Assembly (NCBI GenBank): GCA_964016885.1 | Contig: OZ024742.1 | Location: 46,376,001 to 46,440,000, forward strand | Origin: Eledone cirrhosa | Lineage: Eukaryota | DNA: 64,000 nt | Direction: 5' to 3' | In this document: positions 25,442 to 37,305 of the stretch, in pieces | How positions within the stretch are numbered: position 1 is the stretch's first letter | Layout: the number at the start of each line of letters is the position of its first letter | Notes under the pieces: generated by a model | The model's database searches: none | What the model was told of the DNA's origin: nothing | Seen by the model: only the letters and a program-made list of their open reading frames with translations | Translations under genes and position numbers: made by a program

Positions 25442-25843
25442 ATATAATTACATATACATGTGTGTGTTTATATTATATACGTGTGCGTGTTTGTGTATGT
25501 ACGTGTTTATGTATTTGTATATGTATATTTATGAGTGAGAGTGTGTGTATGTGTTTACTATTTCGTACGTATGTATATGTGCTTTTGTGTGTATTACTTA
25601 CCACGCGTGTCTGTCCTGTTAGCTGGGGCATGTATCGGTATCAAAAATTTTTTAATATATATTTATATATTTTTTTCTTATATTTATTTGCGTGTGTGAA
25701 TATGTAGAGGAGTGCATTCATGTATGTGTATGTATGTACGTTGTATGTTTGTGTGAATGTATGTATGTGTATATATATGTGTGTGTGTATGGCTATGTTT
25801 GTGTATGTGTATGCTTGTACACACACATGCGTGTGTGTGTGTA

Positions 25844-25915
<72 letters not shown>

Positions 25916-25957
25916 TATATATATATGTGTGTGTGTATGTGTGTGTGTGTGTGTGTG

Positions 25958-25995
<38 letters not shown>

Positions 25996-26165
25996 AATGT
26001 ATGTATGTGTATATGTGTGTATATATGTGTATGTGTGTATAGGTGTACGTTTTATATATATATATATGTGTATATGTATATATGTATGCGTACATTTATA
26101 TATATGTATATATGTATGTGTGTGTAAGTATGCTTTTGTGTTTTTTTGTGTGTGTGTTTGCATGT
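24650..26165. repeat. Compound (TA)n/(TG)n/(TATG)n microsatellite field
   Basis: Direct reading. Confidence 0.95.
24856..24914 (+). ncRNA. Hammerhead ribozyme, degenerate copy
   Basis: ttcatt-CTGAAGA-ttgaagg..ctttt aa-GAAA-cctctgg-TG-aatgga; the cleavage triplet is GUG rather than NUH. Confidence 0.55.
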
Positions 26166-26270
26166 GTAGTTTTATTTTATTTTTCCTTTCCTTCTCCCTT
26201 TTCCAGCCTCACTTTCATATAGATTGCATTTTTGTTTTTAGAATCCAAATTCAATAAACAAACCAGGATT

Positions 26271-26330
26271 TTTCATTCTGAGGATTGAAAGCAAAACCTT
26301 TTGCTTTTAAGAAACCACTGGTAAATGGAA
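26271..26330 (+). ncRNA. Minimal type I hammerhead ribozyme of the Penelope-like element
   Basis: tttcatt-CTGAGGA-ttgaaagcaaaa-cc-ttttgcttttaa-GAAA-ccactgg-TA-aatggaa: 7-bp stem I, ~11-12-bp stem II, near-palindromic stem III, GUA site. Confidence 0.85.
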
Positions 26331-26365
26331 TAATTGCCTTATGTTGTTTATTACATAATAATAAT

Positions 26366-26427
<62 letters not shown>

Positions 26428-26524
26428 GATTTTGCTGCCTTCTGAGTTGCAAAAGAATATTCCTTCCTGCTTTGGGGATTCAACAGGCTTGGCTATGATG
26501 GATGCTTCGAAAAGACACTAGAAT

Positions 26525-27025
26525 TTTATTGGGCCACATCTAGCGAATGTGCTTGATTGTATGCAGCACTGAGGTCTAACATGTTGTTTTCTAACTGTCT
26601 CTGTTTATCTTATTTGAATTGAGCCCATTTATGAATGCGTCACAAATCATTTCAGATCAGTATTGTTCAGCACTCACAGAAACAAAGTCACATTCCATGA
26701 CCAGTGTCTTGAGTTCGTTTAAGAACTGGTCAAGAGTTTCTGCTGGTTTCTGCCTTCTGTAGCCAAAAGGTGGCGTGCCAGCATGATGCTGTTTGGCTTA
26801 ATCTACACATTCTTTAGAGTTTGTACAGCTTGTTCATAACTATCAACTTCACTGATGAATTCGTAGACATTAGGTTCCACATAATTGATCAATAAATTAA
26901 GTTTATTGATAGCTCCACCATTCTCTCTTGGGAATGTCCTCAGCCAATGATTGAAAGTTTTATCTGGATTGGTGTTGTTTATGTCGGTATTATGTCTGTC
27001 TAGTTTCAAATATCTTTCCATCGTG
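26525..27025 (-). pseudogene. Decayed gag of a Ty3/Gypsy-type LTR retrotransposon
   Basis: MERYLKLDR..FNHWLRTF..KLNLLINYV..YEQAVQTLK, continuing past a stop as LARHLLAT, ETLDQFLNELKTL and DAFINGL. Confidence 0.7.
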
Positions 27026-27468
27026 AGTCCATGATACTTTCTTTGATTGATATAAATGACCAGCCAGTTACCTGTCTCAAAGAATCTCATTTCCAATTTT
27101 AGTCTAAAACAAATCTGCAGTCAGCGATATAAACGTCTCAAAAACAAAATTGCATCCACCATGACTGACAATGCGCAGGTTATCTATCATGTCAAGAGAA
27201 GTCATTGACACCATAGCAATTTTTTTTATTAAATAGTATATGAAAAATATACGTTAAATAAGCATGTCTGTTGGCACTTCATAGCAACTTATGTGTTAAT
27301 TTAATGAGTGGGTAGATCAGTTGATCGAACCACTGAATGTTCATCGTTGCAACCGACGGACGAGCCACCGCACTTGTACATGTGTGTATAAATGTATCTA
27401 TGTATGTATATGCATCGAGTGTTCATCTTGGCATACCGCCTACCGACGCAATTAATTTGCACCTCTAA

Positions 27469-27548
<80 letters not shown>
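27469..27548 (+). repeat. (TATC)n, 5' flank of copy G
   Basis: Direct reading; a matching tract lies 3' at 33339-33416. Confidence 0.97.
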
Positions 27549-27549
<1 letters not shown>

Positions 27550-30500
27550 CTTTACGATGGACACATGTGCTGAGCTCGCTCGGTAAGTTTTTGTTTAAAT
27601 TCATACGAAAATTGTAAACTGTAAACTTTCATTTTTGTACCATTTTGTAGAGGGACTGCCAGGTCAAATTTTGATCTGGTCGGTCTCTCAAAATATTCTG
27701 CGCCTTTGGGCGAAATAGTATTGTGAACATTTTATCTTTCGAAAAACTTCAAAAAACCCTATTTTGAGAAAAATGGCTGAAGCATCTTCACCATCAATCA
27801 AAGAAGGAAAGGGGAAGTCATACTCACAGCTTCCCCCTGCCACTGTCACAGCAGCAGATGCCAAAGGCAGAGGTCAGAGAGAGGAAGAATTGTCTTCACC
27901 TGTTGACCGACCACTAGATGTAGCCACAACTACACAAGAATTTGAAAACAACAACAACAACAACAGCAACAATAAAGACAACAAAAACAACAACAACACA
28001 AACGTCACAAGTACCCACACACCAAACGAGAAAGACAACAACAACAACAAAGATGAAAACAACTCAAACGACGAGAAACAAAACAATACTAAAATCCAAA
28101 GCGAAAACAAAATATCTTTTGCACAAACGGCTAAATTATCAGTCGCTTATGTGCTGGAAGATATTTCAAAAGCAAAAGAAATGCTGGAAAAAGCCAAGAA
28201 ATATGTATCTTTTGGCGAAAACGGTTCGTTTTCTATACATTCACCTCCAGAACTAAAAAGACAGACGGAATTACGAACTGTCGTATTCCGAACAATTTTA
28301 AATAAAACAAAAAAACCAGCGCAACCATCTCAAGCGGAAATTCAGTTAGTCTTGAAAGACGCGATGAGAGATATCACTTTTATACAAAAGGATAAACTCT
28401 ATGGGAGTTTATCCATATTGATGAAAGACGAATTGGCGGCGAAAAAATACTCTGTGTCGCCAATTCGGTCCACACACTACACCTTCTTCCCCACCTACAT
28501 GGGTAAAAAACCCCAGAGGATATGGATAACCACCATCACCCCAAACATAAACTACTGGTGGTTACTAACCGGTTTCCTCAATTTAGACGAGGACAACCTC
28601 ATTTCAATAGGGAAGGCATCCGGCGACGCGTTCAGTGGAACGAACATCGAAGTTCTGACCCAAATAAGGCCAGAACGCAACGCCCAAATCCCTGAGCGCG
28701 TCATGCTGGATGACCGTACCCACCTCAACATTATTGTGGGGGGTAGGCGTCCCTCCTGTTACCTCTGTGGCAATAGAGGTCACCTGAGGGCTGCCTGTCC
28801 CCAGCTCACACAGAAAAAACACTGCTACCAACACCACCCCAACTACAACAACAAAAACAACCACAACAACAACAACAACAAAAACCAACAACGCCACCAC
28901 CACCACCACCACAACAACAACAACAACAAACACGTGAAAAAATAACACAGAATACTGTCCCACCCAATCCCCCCCTACCCAAAACAAATACAAAAACACA
29001 CACACCGCAAACACTACCAGAAAACATACCCCTCCCACCCAACAAGGAAGACGAACCCCTTTCGTCGCAAGACGAAAAAGATCCCTTCCAACAAGTAAAA
29101 AGAAAGAAGAGGAGACGCACCACAGACACACATGTTAACTTTAACCCCCCCCCCAAGAGAACACAAACTACACACAAACCACCCCTCCCTGTCACACAAC
29201 ACTAACTGCTACACAAAAAAAGACCTTACAATACACATACATGAACACAGACAACAAAGAATTACGGAAAACAATTTCAGCGAACCCTTCGGTCCAAACT
29301 GAAGGGCCAAACTTTATAACTGCTGTGGGACTACCTCATTTAAAAATGATAAAAGTCCCAATGCACTTGTACAAAACACTGCAAATAAATTTCACGGAGG
29401 ACGTGGGCTCCCCCCTGCGCCAAACCAATCAACCGCGTCCTCCTAAAAAATTTCACCCCCCACCCCACCCAGACACCCACTCAACCACAAACACCCCAAC
29501 CCCACAACACACTGATGCCCCTTCACTTCCACAAACCACCACCCCACCCAACAACCCATCCCCAACCAGCATGGAAATTGAGCGGCCCGTTTCCCGGGAC
29601 GCAGAGAGGTAAGTGCCTTTTCTCTTTACCACCAACATGGCTGTGCTAAGAGTAGGGTGTCTAAATGCGCGTGGCCTGGGCTCGTCTTGGAAGCAAGCAA
29701 TGCTTCTAAATGACCTCATGTCACAATCTATAAATGTGATGGTTATCTGCAAGGCCCGGATCAGCAGCATGCGACAGCTAGCCCCCACCTTTGACGACTT
29801 TGAGATGCACGCATCTCTCTGTCAGCCCGGAGGTGGGGGTGGGGTTGTCGTTCTGCTGCAAAAACATATGGGCCTTGCAACACAGATAGTTCACTTGGAC
29901 CCAGGGGGTCGACTGGTGGTGCTGGACCTTGGCAGCGGTGAAGGTAGAGCCTTTAGGCTAATAGCCGCATATGCCCCTTTTGGGACAGAGCGGCCCGACT
30001 TTTTCCAGCGTCTGGAGTCTTTTCTAGGGACGTCCCGTTCCATGCTTTTAGTGGGGTATTGGAATGGTATCCTGGATGCACGTTGGGACTATGCAGGGGC
30101 ATGTCCCGATAGAGAGGGGTGCAACAGCCTCAAGGGGTTACTCGGCCGATTTGACCTGGCCGATAGATTTCGACTAGATTTTCCGACGGTGCCAACCTGG
30201 TCTTGGTCAAATCGCAGCGGATCATCTAGGTCGTACCTAGATAGATTTTTAGTTAGAAATAAGGACAGGGACTTTTTAAGTTGTCCAGAAATGCTCATGG
30301 TTGGCTATTCAGACCACAAGTTGGTGACCTGCATGGTCAACCTTGATAGAACGCATAGACAGGGCCCCGGTTACTGGAAGCTCAACTTGTCCTTGCCGGC
30401 AAGTAGAGCCTACAGGAATCGGATTAGTACGTTAGTTAAAGAACGGTTGACTGGAGCGATCGTCAACAGCAGGTGGTGGGTATCTCTAAAGAGAGAGATT

Positions 30501-33338
30501 AGAGTAGTCTCGATAGAATTTAGTAAGGTTCTAGCTGCGGATAGGAATAGGAAGGAAAGGGAGCTAATAGATAGAGTAGAAGAGGCAATTAGAAGCGGCG
30601 ACGTGGCCAGAGTGCTAGCGTCGAGAACGGCTTTGAGCCAGTTTTTCGACGCGAAGCACGAAGGCTGCGTTGTCCGAAGTAAAATACGTGCTCTAGGGAA
30701 CGAGGGGACCAAAGCTGTTAGCTGGGCCCGCGTGACAGAGGCCAACAGTGGAACTAAATCCACCATCCGGTCTTTGCGAGACCTGGATGGACGGGCGATT
30801 CTTGAGCCTAAGCAGATGTGTGAGGCCTTTCAAAGGCACTTTGCCCGACTGTTCGGGAGGGGCGGGGAGCCGGTTGGGAACGTGGACTTCGGTCCATACC
30901 TCGACGGCCTGCCGCGCCTCTCGAACAGGGAGGCGAAGTCCTGCGAGGAGCCGATTTCGGCCGCTGAGATAGAGGACGTGCTGAGCCAATGCGGCAAACG
31001 CAAATCCCCGGGTCTCGATGGTCTTCCTTACGAATTATATCTAGCTATGCCGGACTTGTTCCCCGATCTCCTCGAGGCGGTCTACTGCAACTGGCAACAG
31101 AACGGGAGAATTCCCTGTACTGTGACCAAGGGCGTAGTCACGCTAGTGAGGAAGGACGAGAACAAGGGGGACGAAATAAGTAACTTCAGGCCCATAACTC
31201 TGCTAAATACAGAGTTACAGATTTTGGCCAAGGTGCTAGCAAAGAGGTTGGCGCTTGTCGTGGGAAACCTGGTGGGAGATGCGCAGACATGCGCTATCCC
31301 GTCCAGGTCCATCCATGACAACCTCCACCTCATGCGATACATCATAGAGAGGGTTGGGAACGAACCCGGCTTTGGTGGGGCTCTGATCAACTTGGATCAA
31401 TCTAAGGCGTTCGATAGGGTCGACCATGGTTACCTGGATGCGGTGCTAGCGGCGGCAGGCTTCGGACCCGTTTTCAGGGGCTGGATCACTGCTATGCACA
31501 GCAGCCGCATCTGCTCTAGGGTCAAGGTGAACGGCTACCTCTCGGAGCCGTTCAAAATCGCGCGGTCCATCCGACAAGGGTGCCCTCTCTCCTCCCTTCT
31601 GTATGTGTTGACTCTCGAGCCACTACTGCGGAAGTTGGAGTTGTTGCAGGGCATCCCTTTGGAACCGGGATTGCGGAAAGCGGTGTCGGCCTACGCCGAT
31701 GACGTGACAGTAATGGTGTCGACGGCCTCCGAAATCGAGGCGGTCGGCACCTTACTGGAGGAGTACGAAAAGTTCACAGGGGCTAAGCTGAACCGGGACA
31801 AGTCGATCGGTTTGCAACTCGGCACCTGGAGGGGCAGACCGATGCCCTCCGATGGCGTCGTCGGACGCTGGACGGAGGGCCCGGTGAAGTTGCTCGGGGT
31901 CTGGTTCGGACCGGACCTCCAGGTGGAGAAAAACTGGGCGGAGGTTACGAACAGGGTGTTTGCACTGACCCAGAAGTGGGCCAGTTGCAAACTATCCCTG
32001 AAAGGTCGGGCGGAGGTGGCGAACACCTACATAGCGTCCGTCATCTACTACCGCCTGACCGCAGTGCCCTGCCCAAGGGAAACCCGCACCAAGATGGAGC
32101 GCGCGCTCTTCCAATTCCTTTGGAAGAGGCGGGCTCCTATGGTGAGGAGATATATCTGCTGTCAACACCCTTCGAAAGGAGGGCTGGGGATGCCGTGGCT
32201 AATGATGCGTAAACACGCATTAAGGCTACGGCACCTCTACGTATTCCTCACCGGACAACCGGTGTGGGCCTCGTTTGTGAGACGAACCTTTCCCAGACTC
32301 GTCTCACTCACCGAGCTGCAATCCTGGGTCAAGCAAAGACCGAGAAAATTGGGCGCCTGGCACACTGAGTGTGCCCAGGCGCTCACCGCCCTCTGGAAGG
32401 CGGATCCGGTTATCAGTGGAGACTCCACCGCAACATTCTATAGAGGGCTGGTACGCAGCAGGTGCGACGACGCCCTCGGAGAAGCCCTAGACATGGAGGA
32501 GGACGAACTGGCCAGCCTGTTCGGTAGGACATTCAGCCCGGGACCTATGGACAACTTCCAGAAGTCCCTGGCCTGGCAGTGCTACCGAGGGGCTTTACCC
32601 GTTCGAGAAAGGCTCTACAGACACGGACACCCGGGTAGGGACCCCGCCAAAAAGATCTGTCCCAGATGCGTGTGCGACGAGGAAACCGTTGCACACGCAT
32701 TGGTACACTGCTCGGGCGTAGCCGATCTGTGGGGCTATGTCGAACAACTGCTGTCAAGGGTGGGACCGATCCGGTTGACCACCGAGTCTATTGTAATGAT
32801 CAAGCCGCCTCCCCCCTTCAAAGATGAAGCAGAGGCGGTGTTTCTGTGCGTAATAGCCATGGCCAAAGAGGTTGTATGGTGGACGCGTCTGAAAGGACTG
32901 AGGTCAGGCACCTTTCTCTCTGGCCAACAACTGGTCCGTTTCTTCCGATATCATTTCGGAAGAAGGATCAGGATGGAGAGAGAGGTGCTGCACCCCAGTC
33001 GTTTTTATGAAAGGTGGGTGAAAGTGGCGAGAATGGCCCGTGTGAATGGGCTTTCTCTTTACATAAGCCTGTAGGTGGAGAAGAGGAAGGAACGAGGGAG
33101 CACCCCCTCTCTGTGCTCCTGAGGAAAAGGGTTGCACACTTTTTTCGGGGGTGTGTGCGACCCCCCAAGGCGCCTCCTCTCTATTGAGGATTTTGTTATA
33201 AATTTTATTTTTTGTTATATCTTATTTTATTTTTATATTTTGTTATTGCCTCCTCCTTATTGAGGACGCCTTTTTGTGTAAACTCCCCCCTTTGTACTTG
33301 TCCCACTTTTGATGCCCTAGTGGCAAATAAAAGAAACA
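27549..33338 (+). mobile_element. Copy G: solitary full-length Tx1-like LINE inside (TATC)n
   Basis: Frameshifted ORF1 ~27773-29612 (CYLCGNRGHLRAAC), open ORF2, 3' UTR with AATAAA. Confidence 0.96.
29637..33074 (+). CDS. ORF2p (AP endonuclease, reverse transcriptase, CCHC finger), uninterrupted, 1145 aa from ATG 29637
   Basis: CLNARGL, YLDRFL, SDH, GPGYWKLN, KSPGLDG, KAFDRV, RQGCPLS, YADD, CPRCVCDEETVAHALVHC. Confidence 0.93.
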   Translation: MAVLRVGCLNARGLGSSWKQAMLLNDLMSQSINVMVICKARISSMRQLAPTFDDFEMHASLCQPGGGGGVVVLLQKHMGLATQIVHLDPGGRLVVLDLGSGEGRAFRLIAAYAPFGTERPDFFQRLESFLGTSRSMLLVGYWNGILDARWDYAGACPDREGCNSLKGLLGRFDLADRFRLDFPTVPTWSWSNRSGSSRSYLDRFLVRNKDRDFLSCPEMLMVGYSDHKLVTCMVNLDRTHRQGPGYWKLNLSLPASRAYRNRISTLVKERLTGAIVNSRWWVSLKREIRVVSIEFSKVLAADRNRKERELIDRVEEAIRSGDVARVLASRTALSQFFDAKHEGCVVRSKIRALGNEGTKAVSWARVTEANSGTKSTIRSLRDLDGRAILEPKQMCEAFQRHFARLFGRGGEPVGNVDFGPYLDGLPRLSNREAKSCEEPISAAEIEDVLSQCGKRKSPGLDGLPYELYLAMPDLFPDLLEAVYCNWQQNGRIPCTVTKGVVTLVRKDENKGDEISNFRPITLLNTELQILAKVLAKRLALVVGNLVGDAQTCAIPSRSIHDNLHLMRYIIERVGNEPGFGGALINLDQSKAFDRVDHGYLDAVLAAAGFGPVFRGWITAMHSSRICSRVKVNGYLSEPFKIARSIRQGCPLSSLLYVLTLEPLLRKLELLQGIPLEPGLRKAVSAYADDVTVMVSTASEIEAVGTLLEEYEKFTGAKLNRDKSIGLQLGTWRGRPMPSDGVVGRWTEGPVKLLGVWFGPDLQVEKNWAEVTNRVFALTQKWASCKLSLKGRAEVANTYIASVIYYRLTAVPCPRETRTKMERALFQFLWKRRAPMVRRYICCQHPSKGGLGMPWLMMRKHALRLRHLYVFLTGQPVWASFVRRTFPRLVSLTELQSWVKQRPRKLGAWHTECAQALTALWKADPVISGDSTATFYRGLVRSRCDDALGEALDMEEDELASLFGRTFSPGPMDNFQKSLAWQCYRGALPVRERLYRHGHPGRDPAKKICPRCVCDEETVAHALVHCSGVADLWGYVEQLLSRVGPIRLTTESIVMIKPPPPFKDEAEAVFLCVIAMAKEVVWWTRLKGLRSGTFLSGQQLVRFFRYHFGRRIRMEREVLHPSRFYERWVKVARMARVNGLSLYISL

Positions 33339-33456
<118 letters not shown>

Positions 33457-33974
33457 GTGTGCGTGTGGGTCTATATATATATGTATGTATGTAAATTATG
33501 TACGGGAACTGGAAAATACTCGGTTTGGTGCCCGAGCGCTCCGTTTGCCTTCTAGGAGACGGAGCCATTGTCACTGTTAAATCATCATTCTAGGAGAAAG
33601 AAACCTCTGATGTACGTACAACTTGCGACATGGGGGCAGCCAATGATGTTGGCCTGTTCTTTTTATATACCTATCACTGCTGTTCAGAGAGGAGGTTTGG
33701 CCCAGTGCAAGGCCTTGCTTCACTTAAGAAAAGTTTCAAGCACTGATACTACTTGATCTAAACATCTTTCACATGTGTTGCTAGAGTTTGGTTGACCATA
33801 ACAGACAAATGCTTTTCTTCTTCTTTTGCTGCAGCATATGCAGAATGTAATGTAAGCCTTTTGCTAGACAAAAAAGTCATGTTGGTGCTACCCAAGTATG
33901 AGAAATGGATCAATTGATAGCAATTCTCGAAATCGAGATGATACAGCCATCATATGTGAATATATATATGTGTA

Positions 33975-34217
33975 GGAGGAGAGAGATGGAGTGTGTGTGT
34001 GAGTTTGTGTGTGAGTGTGTGTGTGTGTAAGAGAGAGAGAGAAAGAGTTTGGGAGAGAGAGGAGAGAAAGAGATAGAGAGCGAGAGTGGGAGAGAGAGAG
34101 AGAGAGAGCGAGAGTGGGAGAGAGAGAGAGAGAGGGTGAGAGTGAGAGAGACAGAAAGAACGAGAACGAGAGAGATAGATAGACAGAGATAGAGAGGGAG
34201 AATGGGAGAGGGAGAAG

Positions 34218-34295
<78 letters not shown>

Positions 34296-34345
34296 CAGAG
34301 ATAGATAGATAGATAGATAGAGAGAGATAGACAGACAGACAGAGA
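33975..34345. repeat. (GA)n/(GATA)n/(GT)n compound microsatellite
   Basis: Direct reading. Confidence 0.93.
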
Positions 34346-34388
34346 AAAGAAACCAAAGAACGCTTACATACTCAAACAGTCTTTATTT

Positions 34389-34433
34389 ACTTACAACGTT
34401 TCATCCTCACCTTTTGGCAGGAATCCTCAGAGC
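34389..34433 (-). ncRNA. Minimal hammerhead ribozyme
   Basis: Minus strand: gct-CTGAGGA-ttcctgcc-aaaa-ggtgaggat-GAAA-cgttg-TA-agt; intact core, weak stem I. Confidence 0.6.
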
Positions 34434-34824
34434 CTAATAAATACAGTGTTGAGTATAAGCTCCACAAAAACCTAGTCACACGAACAATCAGAATAAAGAA
34501 AGGGAGATTGGAGATGGCGAACAAACAGGTGCATGGTGGGGTTGTTAAGCATCTCTGCTAAATGCCAGGGTATAAGCGGATTCAACAAGATGAAGATATA
34601 ATAGATGGCACACAAAAACAAAGAATGTAAAAGCAAAAAATGCAAAAGCATAAAAATACATAAAAAATACAGACAAAGGTTAAAACATAATATAAATTAT
34701 AATAAAGTAATAAAAAATAAAAAATATAAAAATATTATAGATAATAAAATAAAATAAAATAAAATAAAATAAAGTAAAATAATTAAAAAAATTAATAAAA
34801 TATAATGAAAAATAATAAAATAAT

Positions 34825-35012
34825 TGTTTCTACTTTTGGCACAAGGCCAGCAATTATCCCAGTGTATTACTGGTACTTTATTTTATCGACCCCTTAAGGA
34901 TGAAAGGCAAAGTTAACCTCGGCGGGTTTTGAACTCAGTACGTAAAGGGACGTAACTGTGCTGCAAAGCATGGCGTCCGACCCTCTACCGATACTGCCAA
35001 TCCACCGCCCTT
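34825..35012 (-). mobile_element. tRNA-derived SINE (resembles octopus SINEs)
   Basis: Minus strand: A-box-like TGGCAGTATCGG, B-box-like GAGTTCAAAAC, body gactttgcctttcatcc-like..ggggtcgataaaataaagtaccag; the family assignment is from memory. Confidence 0.8.
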
Positions 35013-36079
35013 ATTAAATAAGATAATAAAATAATATAATAATATATAAAAATTATATAATATTATATGTAATATATAAAATTAAAAAGAATTAAAAAGA
35101 TTTAAAAAATTAAAAAATAAAAAAATAAAAAAATTAAGAAATTAAAAAAGTAAATAAATAAAAAAAAAAAATTTTCATTAAAAAATAAAAATAAAAAATA
35201 AAAAAAAAATTTTTCCTAAGAGAAATTCTTTAAAAAAGAAATAAATGCAGAAAGAAGAAAAAAGTTATAAGTTATAAATACATAGAGAAGCCAAAAGAGT
35301 ACAAGCGCTGGTCCCTAGTAACACGAGTGAGTAGGATCTCGGTAACATATATAAGCGTTAAGAGGTCTTTTTGGTACATCCCGAAAGACCACAGTAATCC
35401 GAATCACCACCATGATACATATACACAAGGTGTACTGGTAGGTACCCGAACTAGGTAGCCAGTGGGTGCTCACAAACATATAGGAAGGTATCACAAAAGC
35501 ACAAGCCTTACACAAGTAAAATATGGTTATTATATGGTAGGGCTGAGTAAAACAAGTAAATAGACAGTCACGGCATAAAAACAAGCTATGCACAAGCAGA
35601 TCGGGGTTATTGTGCTGAAGCAATCTTATTATATTAGTTGCTGTAAAACAACCGGCAAAGTTATTACTCATGCATATTAGCAACACAGGATATATATATA
35701 TAGAGAGAGAGAGCGAGAGAGAGAAAGACATATTCTACACGTTTCCTAATACTGCTTTCTTCTTCTTCAATGCTTTAATTGTTCAACTGAAAACTTATTA
35801 CGATAAAAATCTATATAAACTGTTGCCTAAACAATTATTTGTCTGCTTTCTTCTTTTTCTTTGTTTTTAAATTCTTTTTTCTTTGTTTTTTCTTTGTTTT
35901 TTTAGTCTTCTCTTCGTGTTTTGTCTTCTTTCTTTTCTGCTTTTGATTTTTTTGTTATTTTCTTACCCCCCCCCCCCTCTTTCCCTATCTCTCTCACTCA
36001 CTCTTCTTCTATCTGTTTCACTCTTTCACACCCTCTTTTACAATATCTATGCATTTCTTCTCTTTCTCTGCTCCTCACT

Positions 36080-36700
36080 CTCCTCCTCTCTCTTCCGCTA
36101 GGGCTATCTCTTTCCCTCTTTCTCTCTCCACCACTCTCTGTGTTTCTCTCTTTCTATCTTTCTACGTATCTCTAACTCCCTCCCTCCCCTTCTCTCTCTT
36201 CTGCTATCTTTTTCACTATTTCTCTCTCCCCCACTCCCTGTACTTTTCTCTCTATGTCTCTTTCTATCTATCTCTAACTCTTTCCCTCCCCTTCTCTCTC
36301 TTCCGCTATATCTTTCCCTCTTTCTCTCCCCCCCACTCTCTGTGTTCCTCTCTCTCTATCTTTCTATCTATCTCTAACTACCCCTCCCTTTTCTCTCTTC
36401 CGCTATCTCTTTCCCTCTTTCTCTCTCCCACACTCTCTGTGTTTCTCTCTCTCTATCTCTTTCTATCTCTCTCTAACTCTCTCTCTCCCCTATCTCTTTC
36501 CCTCTTTCTACCACCACTCTCTCTCTATCTTTCTATCTATCTCTAACTCTTTCCCTCCCCTTCTCTCTCTTCTGCTATCTCTTTCCCTCTTTCTCTCTCC
36601 CCACTCCCTGTGTTCCTCTTTCTCTATCTCTTTCTATCTTTCTCTACCCCCCCATTCTCTCTCCCCACTCTCTGAGTTTCTCTCATTCTTTCTCTCCCTC
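36080..36700. repeat. Pyrimidine-rich minisatellite, unit ~80-95 bp
   Basis: Recurrent tatctctaactc..cccttctctctcttccgcta..ccactctctgtgtt. Confidence 0.8.
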
Positions 36701-37209
36701 TCTGACTCTCTCTCTCATTTTATTTCACTTTTACTCTTTCCATCCAATCTTCATTTATTTTTTTCATCTCCACTTGTCTATTTATATTCATTTAAAGTAA
36801 AACACTATTGTTGTTGATTTTATTGGGTTTTGTTATTGTTGTTGCTGTTGTCTTATAGTTGTTGATATTGTTGTTGTCTTGTTGCTATTAATTCTTACTT
36901 TTGCTATGTGTCATTCATTTGTTTTTGTTTGTTATGTTTATTTTTGTTGTTGTTAGTCTTATGGTTGTTGTGTTGTGTAGTTGTTAGTGTTGTTGATATT
37001 ATTTTTGCTATTGTTAATGTTGTTGTTGTTAGTCTTATGGTTGTTGTTGTTGTTGTTGTTGTTGTTGTTAGTCTTGTTGATATTGTTGTTGTTGTTTTGC
37101 TAAAGACGCAAAAAACATTATCTCTTTAAAATTTTATAATCTAATAAGAAACCTGAAGGAATTTGAATGAAATTGTCGACTTAATTGAAAATTTAGCATT
37201 TACTGGCTG

Positions 37210-37210
<1 letters not shown>

Positions 37211-37303
<93 letters not shown>

Positions 37304-37305
37304 AT
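37211..37305. repeat. (ATT)n, which is (TAA)n at the 3' end of the minus-strand R4/Dong-like element
   Basis: Direct reading. Confidence 0.95.

Noticed and set aside
24483-26257. Many ORFs rich in YI/CV/HT dipeptides
   Set aside because: Translations of TA/TG microsatellites; the same applies to the SIYL, poly-K/L/S and HT ORFs elsewhere.
33500-33950. Non-repetitive stretch that might be an exon or transposase relic
   Set aside because: No convincing reading frame or motif on either strand.
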